This document shows positions 1 through 11,000 of a DNA stretch of 64,000 nucleotides, in pieces (positions within the stretch are counted from its first letter, which is position 1; every line of letters begins with the position of its first letter). The notes beneath the pieces were generated by a model. It made no database searches. It saw only the letters and a program-made list of their open reading frames with translations, and was not told the DNA's origin. Both the position numbers and the translations under genes were made by a program. Source of the stretch: Mytilus edulis (taxonomy: Eukaryota); contig NC_092346.1 of NCBI RefSeq assembly GCF_963676685.1, positions 44,702,001-44,766,000 of the forward strand, in the 5' to 3' direction.

Positions 1-234
1 ATGATAGCCAAGTTGAAAATTTTCGTCACATTTTTCTCAGGAATTACAATACAAGAATTTCTGAAATTCGGTTTCAGGATTTATACCAGTCAAGTCACCT
101 ATACCGTGTGATGCGTTTTCAGATTCATCACTCAACAACTTCCTGTTTACCGAACACCTGCATATTTTTACACCATTAGAATTATCCACTTGCGGCGGGG
201 GTATCATCAGTGAGCAGTACCTCGCAGTTTCACT

Positions 235-451
235 TTCGTTCATTTTTTTTTAGATTAAAAAGGCCGTTAGTTTTCTCGTTTAAATTGTTTTACATTGTCA
301 TATCGGGGCCTTTTATAGCTGACTATGCGGTATAGGCTTTGGTCATTGTTGAAGGCCGTACAGTGACCTATAGTTGTTAATGTCTGTGTCATTTTGGTCT
401 CTTGTGGACAATTGTCTCATTGGCAATCATACCACATCTTCTTTTTTATAA
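235..451 (+). repeat. Repeat R1, 3' part
   Basis: Near-identical to 7455-7660. Confidence 0.8.
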
Positions 452-2995
452 TTATAAGTTGTTCCAATTTTATGCTGATTTTTAGGCAGTTAAGCTGCCT
501 TATGCGAGCACTCTGGATTTGGGTTCCCCCTGTGAATTTTTGAAAAAGTGCCTTGCTCTGATTTTGCGGGTCTGGTAGATTTTTTATAACTAATTAGACA
601 TTTTTGTCACACTTTTTGTGATGATAAACAATAAATATGTGGAAGGTTACCTTAAATGATCGTCAAATCACCCAAAACAATTGATGTTCCCCAATTGAAA
701 AAGTGCTAATTAAAAGTTAAACATAGCTTTTTATCGTCTGTGCTTTTGGTAAAGATGTAAGTGAACTATAGTAAGAATAATTTCATCGCCGAAAATGTCT
801 GTAATGAAGTCATTAAAATTTGCCAAATGGCGCATGGATATATTTTGCGGCTATTTTTAATCAGTGACGCCGTTGAATTTAGTGGATTCCATTCTATTAA
901 AGGTAAATATTTATAAGCCTTAACTTACTTACTCTCTGGAATAATTCTTGAATTTGTAAGAATACTTGATTATTTTATTTCTACATTGTATGAAGTTATG
1001 TATTTTATTAATTTAATCCGTAAATGCCAGCTGATGTTTTTATTATTTGGCATCGTGCCTCTGCGTACTTGCTATATATCGTGTAAACCCCATAACATTA
1101 TACTCGATCGGGGCCTTTGCAATTCCAATCGGGACCTCATTCAAGATGGTTTCTTTTTTCGTGTTATTTTAATAAAATTCAGGCTTTGGTGTTACAGACT
1201 GATACATGTGCTTTGATATAGCAAAAAAGTGCTTCAAACAGTTTTGAGGTTAATGACAGAATCAAAAAATATAGCATATATATATATATGAGGGTCTGAT
1301 GGGTTATTTTCGTTCTTCGTTATCGGCGCATATTCGCTATCTTGATCCTTTTTTTCTTTTTTCTTTTTTTTTATATTTCGTGATCCGTGATCATTTAATT
1401 TATTTCTCATTATCTCATTATCGTCTCCAAATCTCGATAGGGTAATTGCTTCACTTCCTGTGGTTTTTAACTCCAATTTCTCTGCTAAATGTCTTGTAAT
1501 AAATGACCTTGAGGCGCCTTCGTCAAAAAGGATCTTTGCATCAATCGTTTGGTCTTTGTAGCTTAGTGGTGCTATTGCGGTCTTTAATAAAACATTTGGA
1601 CGAGCACAATTTAAAGATGAATATAAAACAGAAGTCTCAGATTCCTCCGCGTTGTGTTTTTGTACTGTACTTGTACTACTTGTACTTGTAGTTTCTTTAT
1701 CATGATCGTTGTCGCATAGGCTTGTGTGGTGACGTCTATCACATTTCTTGCAGTTTGATTTAGATTTGCAATCTACTACGCGGTGTCGCCCTAAGCAATT
1801 AAAGCACAATCTATCTTCTTTAACAATTTTCATGCGGTCATTCTGGTCTGTATATTTAGTACATTCTGAGAAAAGTGGGGTTCCTTGCAGAATGCGCAGC
1901 TAATTTGATAAGATTTATGTGGTGAATTGGTTTTTGGCCAGTTCTCGCGAGATTTTGTGTTTGTGTAGAATGTAGCTGTAGTACTAGGACTTTCAAATGA
2001 TTCTGTACTGCTACCAGACTCTAAAATTGCCAGTTCCTTAAAAATAGATCTCCTAAGATCACCAAGATACCAATCTGTTGAACCGTGTTCACGAGTCAGG
2101 TTTTTGCGTATTTCACTGGGCATTTTGTTAAGTATGACTGGTACTAATAACGAGCCGTATGAGTCTTGAGTTTGTCCGAGAGATTCTAGTCCACGTATGT
2201 ATGTTTCTGTTCTGTCATAGTAACTTCTAAGTTGCGAAAGCGTATTCTTTGGTGCGGGTATGTCTAGTAGTGCATGTACGATTGAATTATCTTATGCTTT
2301 TGTCCGAATCTTTCATGTATGAGTTCAATAGCTTTGTTGTAGTTTGTGTGCGTAAGAGCAAATCCGGCAATTGTGTATGACGCTTCTCCCTCTAGTAACG
2401 ACTTTAGGTAATTAAACTTTTGAACGTCGGTTAGAGTGTTGTTGTTGTGAATTGCGGAATCAAAAGAATCCCAAAAGGATTGCCATTCAAGTACGTTTCC
2501 ATCAAATGTAGGTAAATTCAATTTCGGTAGTTTATGAAAGTTGCTGCTATTGACGCTTGAATTTGAACGTAAAGACGTGAAATTGAGGCCAGTATTTTGT
2601 GAGTCATCTCTTATGTTATATACGGGGCCAACATTGTGAATGGGTTGCAGTGTCTCATTGTGCGGCGAAAAACTTCTAGCGGCTGCATTTAAATTTGATG
2701 TTTGAGCTTGAATAAATTTACGAATTTTGCGTATTTTCGTCTCTAAATTAAATTTATACTCATCTGTGTCAAGTATCTCTTGCTCTATATCCTCCTCTTG
2801 TACACTATCTAAAATGTTCTTATCCAAATCCTTCAGAATATCTTGCTTTTCCTTTAATGTATCCAGAATAGTTTCCAGCTCGTCCTCTTCCGGTTTTTCT
2901 TCTGTTTCACTTCTCTCCTCAAATCTTCTTAAAATCCTAGAAACTGCGCTTCTGTGTCCCGCTCGTATAGATTTCAGCTTTGAAGTCATCTTCTT

Positions 2996-3010
2996 CTGGT
3001 CACGGTACCA
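2996..3010 (-). promoter_or_regulatory. Primer-binding site of the BEL element (tRNA-His-like)
   Basis: Minus strand TGGTACCGTGACCAG lies between the putative LTR and the gag ATG. It resembles the complement of a tRNA-His 3' end (TGGTGCCGTGAC...) with one mismatch. Confidence 0.65.
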
Positions 3011-3011
3011 A

Positions 3012-3178
3012 TATCGTAAAGTGGTTTTACTAAAACTGCATGTAATATAACAAAGACGTCTAAACTGAATGAATTTGTATTGATGACTGAAGTACAAGAT
3101 AACGTCATAAGTACACAACGTTGGATATACAATAATGCCGCGTTACGTTAAGTTCTCTTCTGTGCGTGATTTCCAACA
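3012..3178 (-). repeat. Putative 5' LTR of the BEL element
   Basis: Begins TGTTGG on the minus strand at 3178 and ends just before the PBS. Its outer edge coincides with where homology to paralog copy B (~35215) begins. Confidence 0.6.
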
Positions 3179-5108
3179 ATACTGTTGAATACCCAAAATG
3201 GTTTTCATTTCTTCAAAAGGAACATTCAGAAAAAACAAAGGCTTGTGTCATAAAAACAAATTTCAAAAAAGTAATGCAATTAGCTTTTTAAAACTTATTT
3301 CCGATGTATGAATACCATTTCCAAAAGCTGATGAGAACGAGGAAAAAACCAACAAGACTAATAAAAATACCATTGCTTGAGCCTCCGCCCTGCTAATATT
3401 TTCTCGATACTTATGCTTTACTCATAAAAGCGGTCTTTTTTTTGTAACTATTCAGTTTATTTTGTGTCTGTCTAGGATAAGAAACTAGAGTATTATCTTT
3501 GACATATTTTGCAGTGAATAGTTTTTATTATGAAAAGAATAGTTTTATGTCAATTGCTATCGCCAGCAAATTATGTTATTTCAAGTTAAATTTGAACTGA
3601 ACCGACTTGGGATAGAGACACTCTAGAATAAGGCAAGTAGTGAAGAAGAAGTGAGCTATTCGGACTTTTCAGAAAATCTGTTCTACTATAATTGAGTTAT
3701 CATGGATAAGTTATGAAATACAGTTTTCTGATCATTCATTTCTTTGCATAGACAAAAATCATGTTTGTTTTATTATCGTTTTTGCTAAATAAATACTGCT
3801 AAAAGTTCAATATAATTGGATATAGTTTGAATTGAATAGCCATGTATTTCCCGTTTTCGATAAATCAAAAATGTTGTGGTTTAAAAAATATGATAGTATT
3901 GATCCGTTTTTATTGGAATGGTTTTTTTTTCAATAGTGATATATTATTCCTTCTTAGTTATGTGCCATTTGTGTCCTAAACTGTGATGTTGTAAACAGAA
4001 TAGTTAATATTCCACCCCGACACTTATTATCATTCAATATTTTTTTGCAAGTTTTTGAGGGGTTTGAGACAAAAACTGTATTGCCTCCCCAACTCTTTCA
4101 ACAAACACACACAGGTCTGTCCGATTTCCAATATATCATTTTATCTTTCAGATATACATGAGCATTGTAAACTATCTGGATATCTAACTGATATCATGAA
4201 AATCACTGGTCCTATGACACCAAAACGTAAGTATGCACTTAAAACACGTATAGCGTTACTAAGCGGTTAGCTTGAAATAACAAGTTGGAGTCTGATCTTG
4301 CTTCACATGTTTTATCCCGAAAAGTAACAATACGTATACAGATGCAAATTGATTATTTTCTGTAAAAATAACGGTAAAACGCCTTTGAATTCTTTGTTCA
4401 CACATTGTTGTTGAAATGATGGAATTTTATGCGATTGTCATTCAAGTGAGAGGTATAGCTAGCTATAAGACCAGGTTAAATCCACCATTTTCTACAAAAG
4501 AAAATGCCTGTACCAAATCAGGAATATGACAGCTATTTTCCATTCGTTTCATGTGTTTTAGCTTTTGATTTTTTGTTTTGATAAGTGACTTTCCGTTTCA
4601 TATTTTTGGAGTTTGGATTTTTTGTTGTCACTTTTTAAACGATTAATTATGATGGTGTTTTATTTTACCATGTTTTTATTACATGTACTTATATTTAGAT
4701 ATTTTGAATACTTAAGAGCAAGCCCATTCATCCTCTAAACGATACTCTCGACTTGCAACTTATAGAATACGGAAAATTACTTTATAAAAAAGAAAATTAG
4801 ATGGAATACTGTCCTTTTTGTTTAAAGTCTTGTTGAGATCTTCAGCGATTAACCAAGTAGTAAAAAAACATGTCTCGCTTTGTTTTCCACTTCATTGCTA
4901 TCAGTTGAATACACACATGTACTACTTTACTTTTTCATAGTGCATCTTTAATTGATGACAATATTAATAAAAAAAAGTATAACTTTAGAACAATGTTTTC
5001 TGTTTCTTTATCACAGAACTGAATATGTTTCAAGTTCTAATCAGGGACCAGGAGTTTAAGCAGAATATTGCAGATGCAAGAAGAATAGCACAAGAATGCT
5101 TAAGTCTG

Positions 5109-5170
5109 GTAGACGAAACGCGCGTCTGGAGTAAATACAAAATTTAATCCTGGTATCCATGGTGAGTTTA
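5109..5170 (+). repeat. 5'-truncated family 2 hammerhead repeat fragment at the exon 3 splice donor of copy A
   Basis: GTAGACGAAACGCGCGTCTGGAGTA...AAATTTAATCCTGGTATC is the 3' half of the family 2 motif plus its tail (compare 12416-12480). It is absent at the paralogous donor in copy B (38853). Confidence 0.8.
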
Positions 5171-5742
5171 TATTATACAAGTTTACCATTTTGAATATAA
5201 AAATAAGCAGAATCTGCTATACATAAAGGCAACAATACAATAGTATACCGGTGTTCATAAGTCATAAATTGATCTAGAGAAAGAAATCCGTGTCGCATAC
5301 TTAAGCCGAGGGGAACACGTCAACTATAAGAGGAAAACGGAGGAACAACGGGAATATCCGGCACCAACGCCAAGTTGAGATATGCACATTTTCATGACGA
5401 TGGTTTAAACTGAAAGATTAATGTCTATCCACAAAACTAAAAACATAGATTGGTATCAAAGGAAAACAATGAATAAGCTACACGAAACCCAATATTAATA
5501 ACACATTATAAAATAATGTCCTCAGGTACAAACACCGTAACAGTACAGAGCTTCCAAAAATTCCCATAGTATATCTTAGCCCGAAGTATAGGTGTAAAAT
5601 TTTAATCAAAATAGAGTAGCTTGAACCTTGATATATACTGTTATGTTTATTTAGGGAAAAGGGAGACAAAAAGAGCAACTTTAAAACTTATAAACGATAT
5701 TAACATAAAAAGTTACCAAAGGTACCAGGATTATAATTTAAT

Positions 5743-5786
5743 ACGCCAGACGCGCGTTTCGTCTACATAAGACTCATCAGTGACGC
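5743..5786 (-). ncRNA. Minimal type I hammerhead ribozyme, family 2 (intact core)
   Basis: Minus strand reads GCGUCA CUGAUGA GUCU uaugu AGAC GAAA CGCGCG UC^ UGGCGU. It has the canonical core, a 4-bp stem II, a palindromic stem III, a GUC cleavage triplet and a 6-bp stem I. Confidence 0.9.
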
Positions 5787-6855
5787 TCAGATCAAAATAG
5801 TTATAAAGCTAAAAATTAACCATGATATTCTGTATTCTGTATTCTTAAATATTTATTTATTTAAGATTTTTATTGAAATCGTGTTTTGTGGAAATGTCTT
5901 TATATAGACTATGTGACACCCAAAATTACATACACACATGTAGAAAAAATTTAAAACAACATTTTGTTTTTAACTTAATAAAATGGTAGCATACCTTATT
6001 TTTGCATTTGATTGGCATATACCCAACAACTCATTTAATTCATACAAATCTGTTGATTGCATTATAGACAAATCTGATTGACCAGCCATATCAAAGATGC
6101 CATAGCAATAAATTCAGTAAACCAAACATTGACACCATTGATTTTGAAACGCGGATGGAACCAGTAGCTGCTAACATAATTTATGTTTGTACAAATCAAA
6201 TGGAGAACATCGCACGAAACATCTTCGAAGAAATGATGTTCGACCATACCCATGAGTGGAACAAAAACCATTTAGCTATCTCAATGCCACCGATTACCAA
6301 ATGTCACACATCAGGAAGCCAAAATATGTGCCTACTGTTCAAAAAGGCGAATTCACTCCCTACGAATCCTGCAAGTCACATCCTTCAGAATTTTCTTACT
6401 ATACGCCAATTGATGCCGTTCCATACAACTGGGCAGCCAAAGCCCCAGACACATATTATGATTTAACAGAAGATGAATATTTTAGAGAAAATTTGTTTGT
6501 GCCAAAATTAGACCTTTCTTATATAAATGAAAATCCTCCTGTAATATCTGTCACAGACAGTTCCATGTTGTCGCTCAGCTCCTGTGAGTCAGAAGGAGCT
6601 TTCAAGAACTGGCTTAAAAGGAAAGACATGTATGAATCAGAAACTACAAGCAGTGTATCCTTGTCGATTTATAATGTTCCAAGAGGTAAGAATAGTTCCA
6701 ATGATAATGAAGGCGTTAAATGTAAAATGTTCTCGTGTGCCCTAAGACTTGCGTTATTCCAATTATTCCTTGTCTTATACTTTTTAATAGAATGAACAAT
6801 GATTTCGACATTCATCTTTTATATAAGCTTTAGATTTCAAATATTTTGGCTACGA

Positions 6856-6898
6856 GCATCACTGAAGAGACATGTATTGTCAAATGCGCATCTGGTGC
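6856..6898 (+). ncRNA. Hammerhead family 1, copy 1 (probably inactive)
   Basis: GCAUCA CUGAAGA GACA uguau UGUC -AAA UGCGCA UC UGGUGC. The conserved G of GAAA is deleted. Confidence 0.8.
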
Positions 6899-7220
6899 AG
6901 GAAAATTGTTACCGTTAATGTCATTATTACCACTGGGTCGATGCCTCTGCTGGTGGACTGTTAGTCCCCGAGGGTATAACCAGCCCAGTATCAGTACTGG
7001 CATGAAAATACGGATTTTTGTTTGTGTTATTAAAATTTGCTGTTATAAAATATTAGAAATTATTTTAAATTACGGAATGTTTCTCCCTCATGCAAAGCTA
7101 TGATTCCTTTCACGGATTTGGCTATACTTTTTGGACCTTTTAGATTATAGCGCTTCATCTTTTAAATAAGCTTTGGATTTCAAATATTTTGGCTACGAGC
7201 ATCACTGAAGAGACATGTAT

Positions 7221-7660
7221 ACCGGGCCACGTCTACTTGTATTTTTGTCCATCTGATGAGTTAAGCCTTTTTCAACTGATTTTTATAGTTCGTTCTTATG
7301 TTGTACTGTTATACCACTGTCCCAGGTTAGGGGGAGGGTTGGGATCCCGCTAACATGTTTAACCCCGCCACATTATTTATGTATGTGCCTGTCCCAAGTC
7401 AGGAGCCTGTAATTCAGTGGTTGTAGTTTGTTTATGTGTTACATATTTGTTTTTCGTTCATTTTTTTTTTACATAAATAAGGCCGTTAGTTTTCTCGTTT
7501 GAATTGTTTTACCTTGTCTTATCGGGGCCTTTTATAGCTGACTATGAGGTATGGGCCTTGCTCATTGTTGAAGGCCGTGACCTATATTTGTTAATGTCTG
7601 TGGCATTTTGGTCTTTTGTGGATAGTTGTCGCATTGGCAATCATACCACATCTTTTTTAT
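7221..7660 (+). repeat. Abundant interspersed repeat R1 (3' end ...GGCAATCATACCACATCTT), inserted into hammerhead copy 2
   Basis: Homologous copies at ~235-451 (+), ~21015-21480 (-), ~47337-47427 (+) and ~61545-61770 (+). It splits the motif GACATGTAT | ATTGTCGAAA. Confidence 0.85.
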
Positions 7661-7991
7661 ATTGTCGAAATGCACATCTGTTGCAGGAAAATTGGTACCG
7701 TTAATGTCATTACTACCACTGGGTCGATGCCTTTGTTGGTGGACTGTTAGTCCCCGAGGGTATCACTAGCCCAGTAGCCAGTACTTCGGTACTGGCATGA
7801 AAATACTATTTTTTTTCTGTTATTAAAATTTGCTGTTATAAAATATTAGAAATTATTGTAAATTAAGGAATGTATCTCCCTTATGCAAAGCTCTGATTCC
7901 TTTCACGGATTTGGCTATACTTTTTGGACCTTTTAGGTTATAGCGCTTCATCTTTTATATAAGCTTTGGATTTCAAATATTTTGGCTACGA

Positions 7992-8034
7992 GCATCACTG
8001 AAGAGACATGTATTGTCGAAATGCGCATCTGGTG
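7992..8034 (+). ncRNA. Minimal type I hammerhead ribozyme, family 1, copy 3 (intact core)
   Basis: CAUCA CUGAAGA (7998-8004) GACA uguau UGUC GAAA (8018-8021) UGCGCA UC^ UGGUG. Predicted cleavage after C8029 (AUC triplet). Confidence 0.9.
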
Positions 8035-11000
8035 AAGGAAAATTGGTACCGTTAATGTCATTAACAATTATTGTCTGTCGTTAATTGACACTCGACTCGA
8101 AAGACACTATATAACAGTTTCTTGTTTTGCATACAATTTTTTTAGCTATTTTAAAAAAGACAAACACTTTTCAGTACTGTAACTTATCTCAATCCGTTTT
8201 TGTCATTTATTTTTTTTCAAAATAAAGATCTCTGTTGACATGTTTTGTTCGTAAGTATAGCTTATTATTGAAAGATGATTTCAATGGGAAAAAAGTCTGT
8301 TGTCAAACGCAGAAATCTTGAAAGAGTAAATGAAAAAATGAAACCAGACTTCAAATTAGAAATGGCTGAGATTGTTACCGAACACGATATATATAAGCAA
8401 GAAGAAACGAAAAGAAGTGACGTATCAATGAGGTTTTGCTGAGGCGAACATCGACTTAACATCAGCAGAAGTGAACGATTTTACAAAACCGAGAGGTAAT
8501 TACATCTATATTTCTTTTTTCCCCAAGAGAATCCAAACTGATACTTGTCATAGTTACTTTTTTTTATTTAAAAAAAATTAATATATTTACCATTTGAAAG
8601 AAGAACAAAAAAAAATCACATACTTTCATGCGTTACATAACTTTACAATTTTAGAAATTCACTGTGAAAAAATATTGATTATTTTTTGCAGAGTCCAAAG
8701 ACATCCTTCAAGTTACTGAAACAAAAGATGAAGCATCAGAAGCAAGTATGACAGAACATCAAAGTCGTGATATTGGACCTATTGAAGAAACTGATAGAGA
8801 AAGACGAGTAATCAAAGCGGCTAAATGAGTTCTAGCCGTTGACACTTTCATGCAACGAAAAAAAGAACTGAAAGAAAGCGAGGAGTTATTCAGGATCGAA
8901 CACTTGAGATATTTTGACTTAGGATCAAGTCGTTCAAGTATGTCAGGCAGTATCAATATCAAACCCCCACCAATGATTACATCGGACACTTCTCAGGACA
9001 AAAGAGACAATTAAGGTACTAGCATTAGAGATAAGGAATGCTATGCAGAACAGCTAAAATTATCAGATACCATAGAAGACAATAAACAAATGAAAGAAAT
9101 AGTTGACAAGAAAAGTAACATCTTATCTAACAGTGATTGTGTCAGTATAGATTCTACGGATATACATAGAATCTATATTGGGGAGTGATTTTGGTAAAGG
9201 CGAGGGAGATGCCGTCAATGCTAAAATGTTTGAAACTGTGTCTTTAAATGAAGCACCAAAACCTGTCGAACCAGTGGAAAGACCTGTATTTGGAAAACTA
9301 CCTTTGCACCCCAATGTCTATCTAAGAAGGCAAGCTATTCTCAGAGAAAAGGCTAAACAAAAAGATATTGAGGATAGTGAAAACAAAGAATCGATTAAAT
9401 GCACCTATAATGTAACTTCAAATAGAAAAGGAAGATGCGATGATGAATACAGTGATGATAAAAAAGATAGCTCCACTTCAGAAACAGATTTTTCTGATAA
9501 TTATTCATATGAATCGGATTTCAATGAAGAAAGCCACGAGAGTGACAGTTTCTGTAGTAAAAATCCAGATGGAAACAATGAATTGCCATTAGAAATTAAC
9601 GATATCATAAAGGAAAGTAACAGACAGCAAGGGTTAATAAAGCATGAAGAATCAGAAAAAAACGTAAAAGGTTGGTTTACAAATTACATATACGTTTTTA
9701 AATCTTTGGGAGGGTTGTTGTTTTTTTTACACATTCCCTGTTTCCATTTTTCCATTTTACAATATTTACAAAGCAGTTATTGAACCAATGATAACTAATA
9801 TGATACTGTACTGTAGCACTTAAAAGAGAACGACAGTTTGAAAATGATAACTTGTCGAAATTAAAAAGGGAATATAAATCTGAAATGTAACTTCAAATTC
9901 AAACGAACTATGTGTTTAAATTATTGGATATTTTGAAATCGCATCTTTTACATACATTTTAAAGTCGCATTATTTCTCGTTATCGATGCTCCAATCGTTA
10001 TCGTTAATGTCCAACATAAAAAAATCTGGTAACATCTCATTGCATAAATGCATGAAAAAATTTCTTAAGATAAATATTTGACTAAAAAGTACAATCACAA
10101 ACACACTGAACTCAGAAGAAAATTCATAACGAAATATCCCTTATCAAAATGGCAAAATCAAATGAATAAAAGTGTCATATTTAAAAAAAAATGTATTTGA
10201 TTTGATGTTTCAGGAGGCCAACAAAGTTTGCAGGATATATGCACAAAGAATGATTTGTCAACTGCCAAAGATTTTGCCCCAGAGAAGGAATATTCTGAAA
10301 ATTTATCTGCATCCCTGATAATTGAAACCAAAAACAATACCAATGAATATGATATAAAAGAATTAAACATACTAATGCCAATGGAACAGAACGAAAAGGA
10401 ATCATCTACAGAATCGCTGATCAATATTGGTGGTGAAGGAAATAGTGGGTTATTTGACAGGAAAGAAAATTCGTTCAAAATCACTAAATGCATTAACGAC
10501 AACGAAAATCATTCAGAGTTTACCGAACCGAGCGCAACCAACCTGATTAACATGGTAGCCAGTGAAAACAACATATCCAAATTAACGAAAAGTCACAGCA
10601 ATACTCAAAGTGTTGACCAAAAAGTGGCATTAAACGAGAATGTATCAAACCTACTAATAACAACTAAAAGTCATAGTGACACTGGAACCAGTGGGATGTC
10701 TGTAAGGCAAAGACGGATTGGACATAACAATCTTTTGAGAAAATATGAAGGTATGTACTTTCTGAAATACGATTTTGTCAACTTTCAACATAATTTAAAG
10801 ATTTTAATCAATATATATGATTTTAACGAACTTAAATAACAATAAACAATACAAAACAAAAGATCGTGTTAACACTTACAGCTAATCAAAACTTCGTCAA
10901 TATTCTGTCAAGAAGGTTTACATCTTATGAAATATACTCATATTAGTCAATTTATACGATTCCAAAATCAAATCTTCTTTATAGAGATTGTTTAATTTAC

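Larger units (their letters stand above)
1400..3178 (-). mobile_element. Truncated BEL/Pao LTR retrotransposon (5' LTR, PBS, frameshifted gag and protease)
   Basis: Gag starts at ATG 2989 (MTSKLKSIRAG) and contains KLPKLNLPTFDGNVLEWQSFWDSF...QKFNYLKSLL (DUF1759-type), Cys/His knuckles (CAFCKEPH; CFNCLGRHRVVDCKSKSNCKKCDRRHHTSLC) and an aspartic-protease-like motif ILFDEGASRSFIT. Frameshifts near 2270 and 1860. Homology ends near 1400 with no RT, integrase or 3' LTR. Confidence 0.9.
6813..8068 (+). mobile_element. Tandem hammerhead-ribozyme repeat array (non-LTR retrozyme-like), two full monomers and three hammerhead positions
   Basis: Head-to-tail monomers with core spacing 343 nt (6862 to 7205) and 351 nt (7667 to 8018, after removing an insertion). 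Each has CTGAAGA-GACA-tgtat-TGTC-GAAA-TGCGCA-TC or a damaged version. The empty site is visible in copy B at ~41490. Confidence 0.9.

Noticed and set aside
7250-7285. CTGATGAG in repeat R1 (also ~21411-21418 minus) as a third hammerhead family
   Set aside because: No GAAA follows the potential stem II (it reads AACTGAT), and there is no stem III or cleavage triplet.
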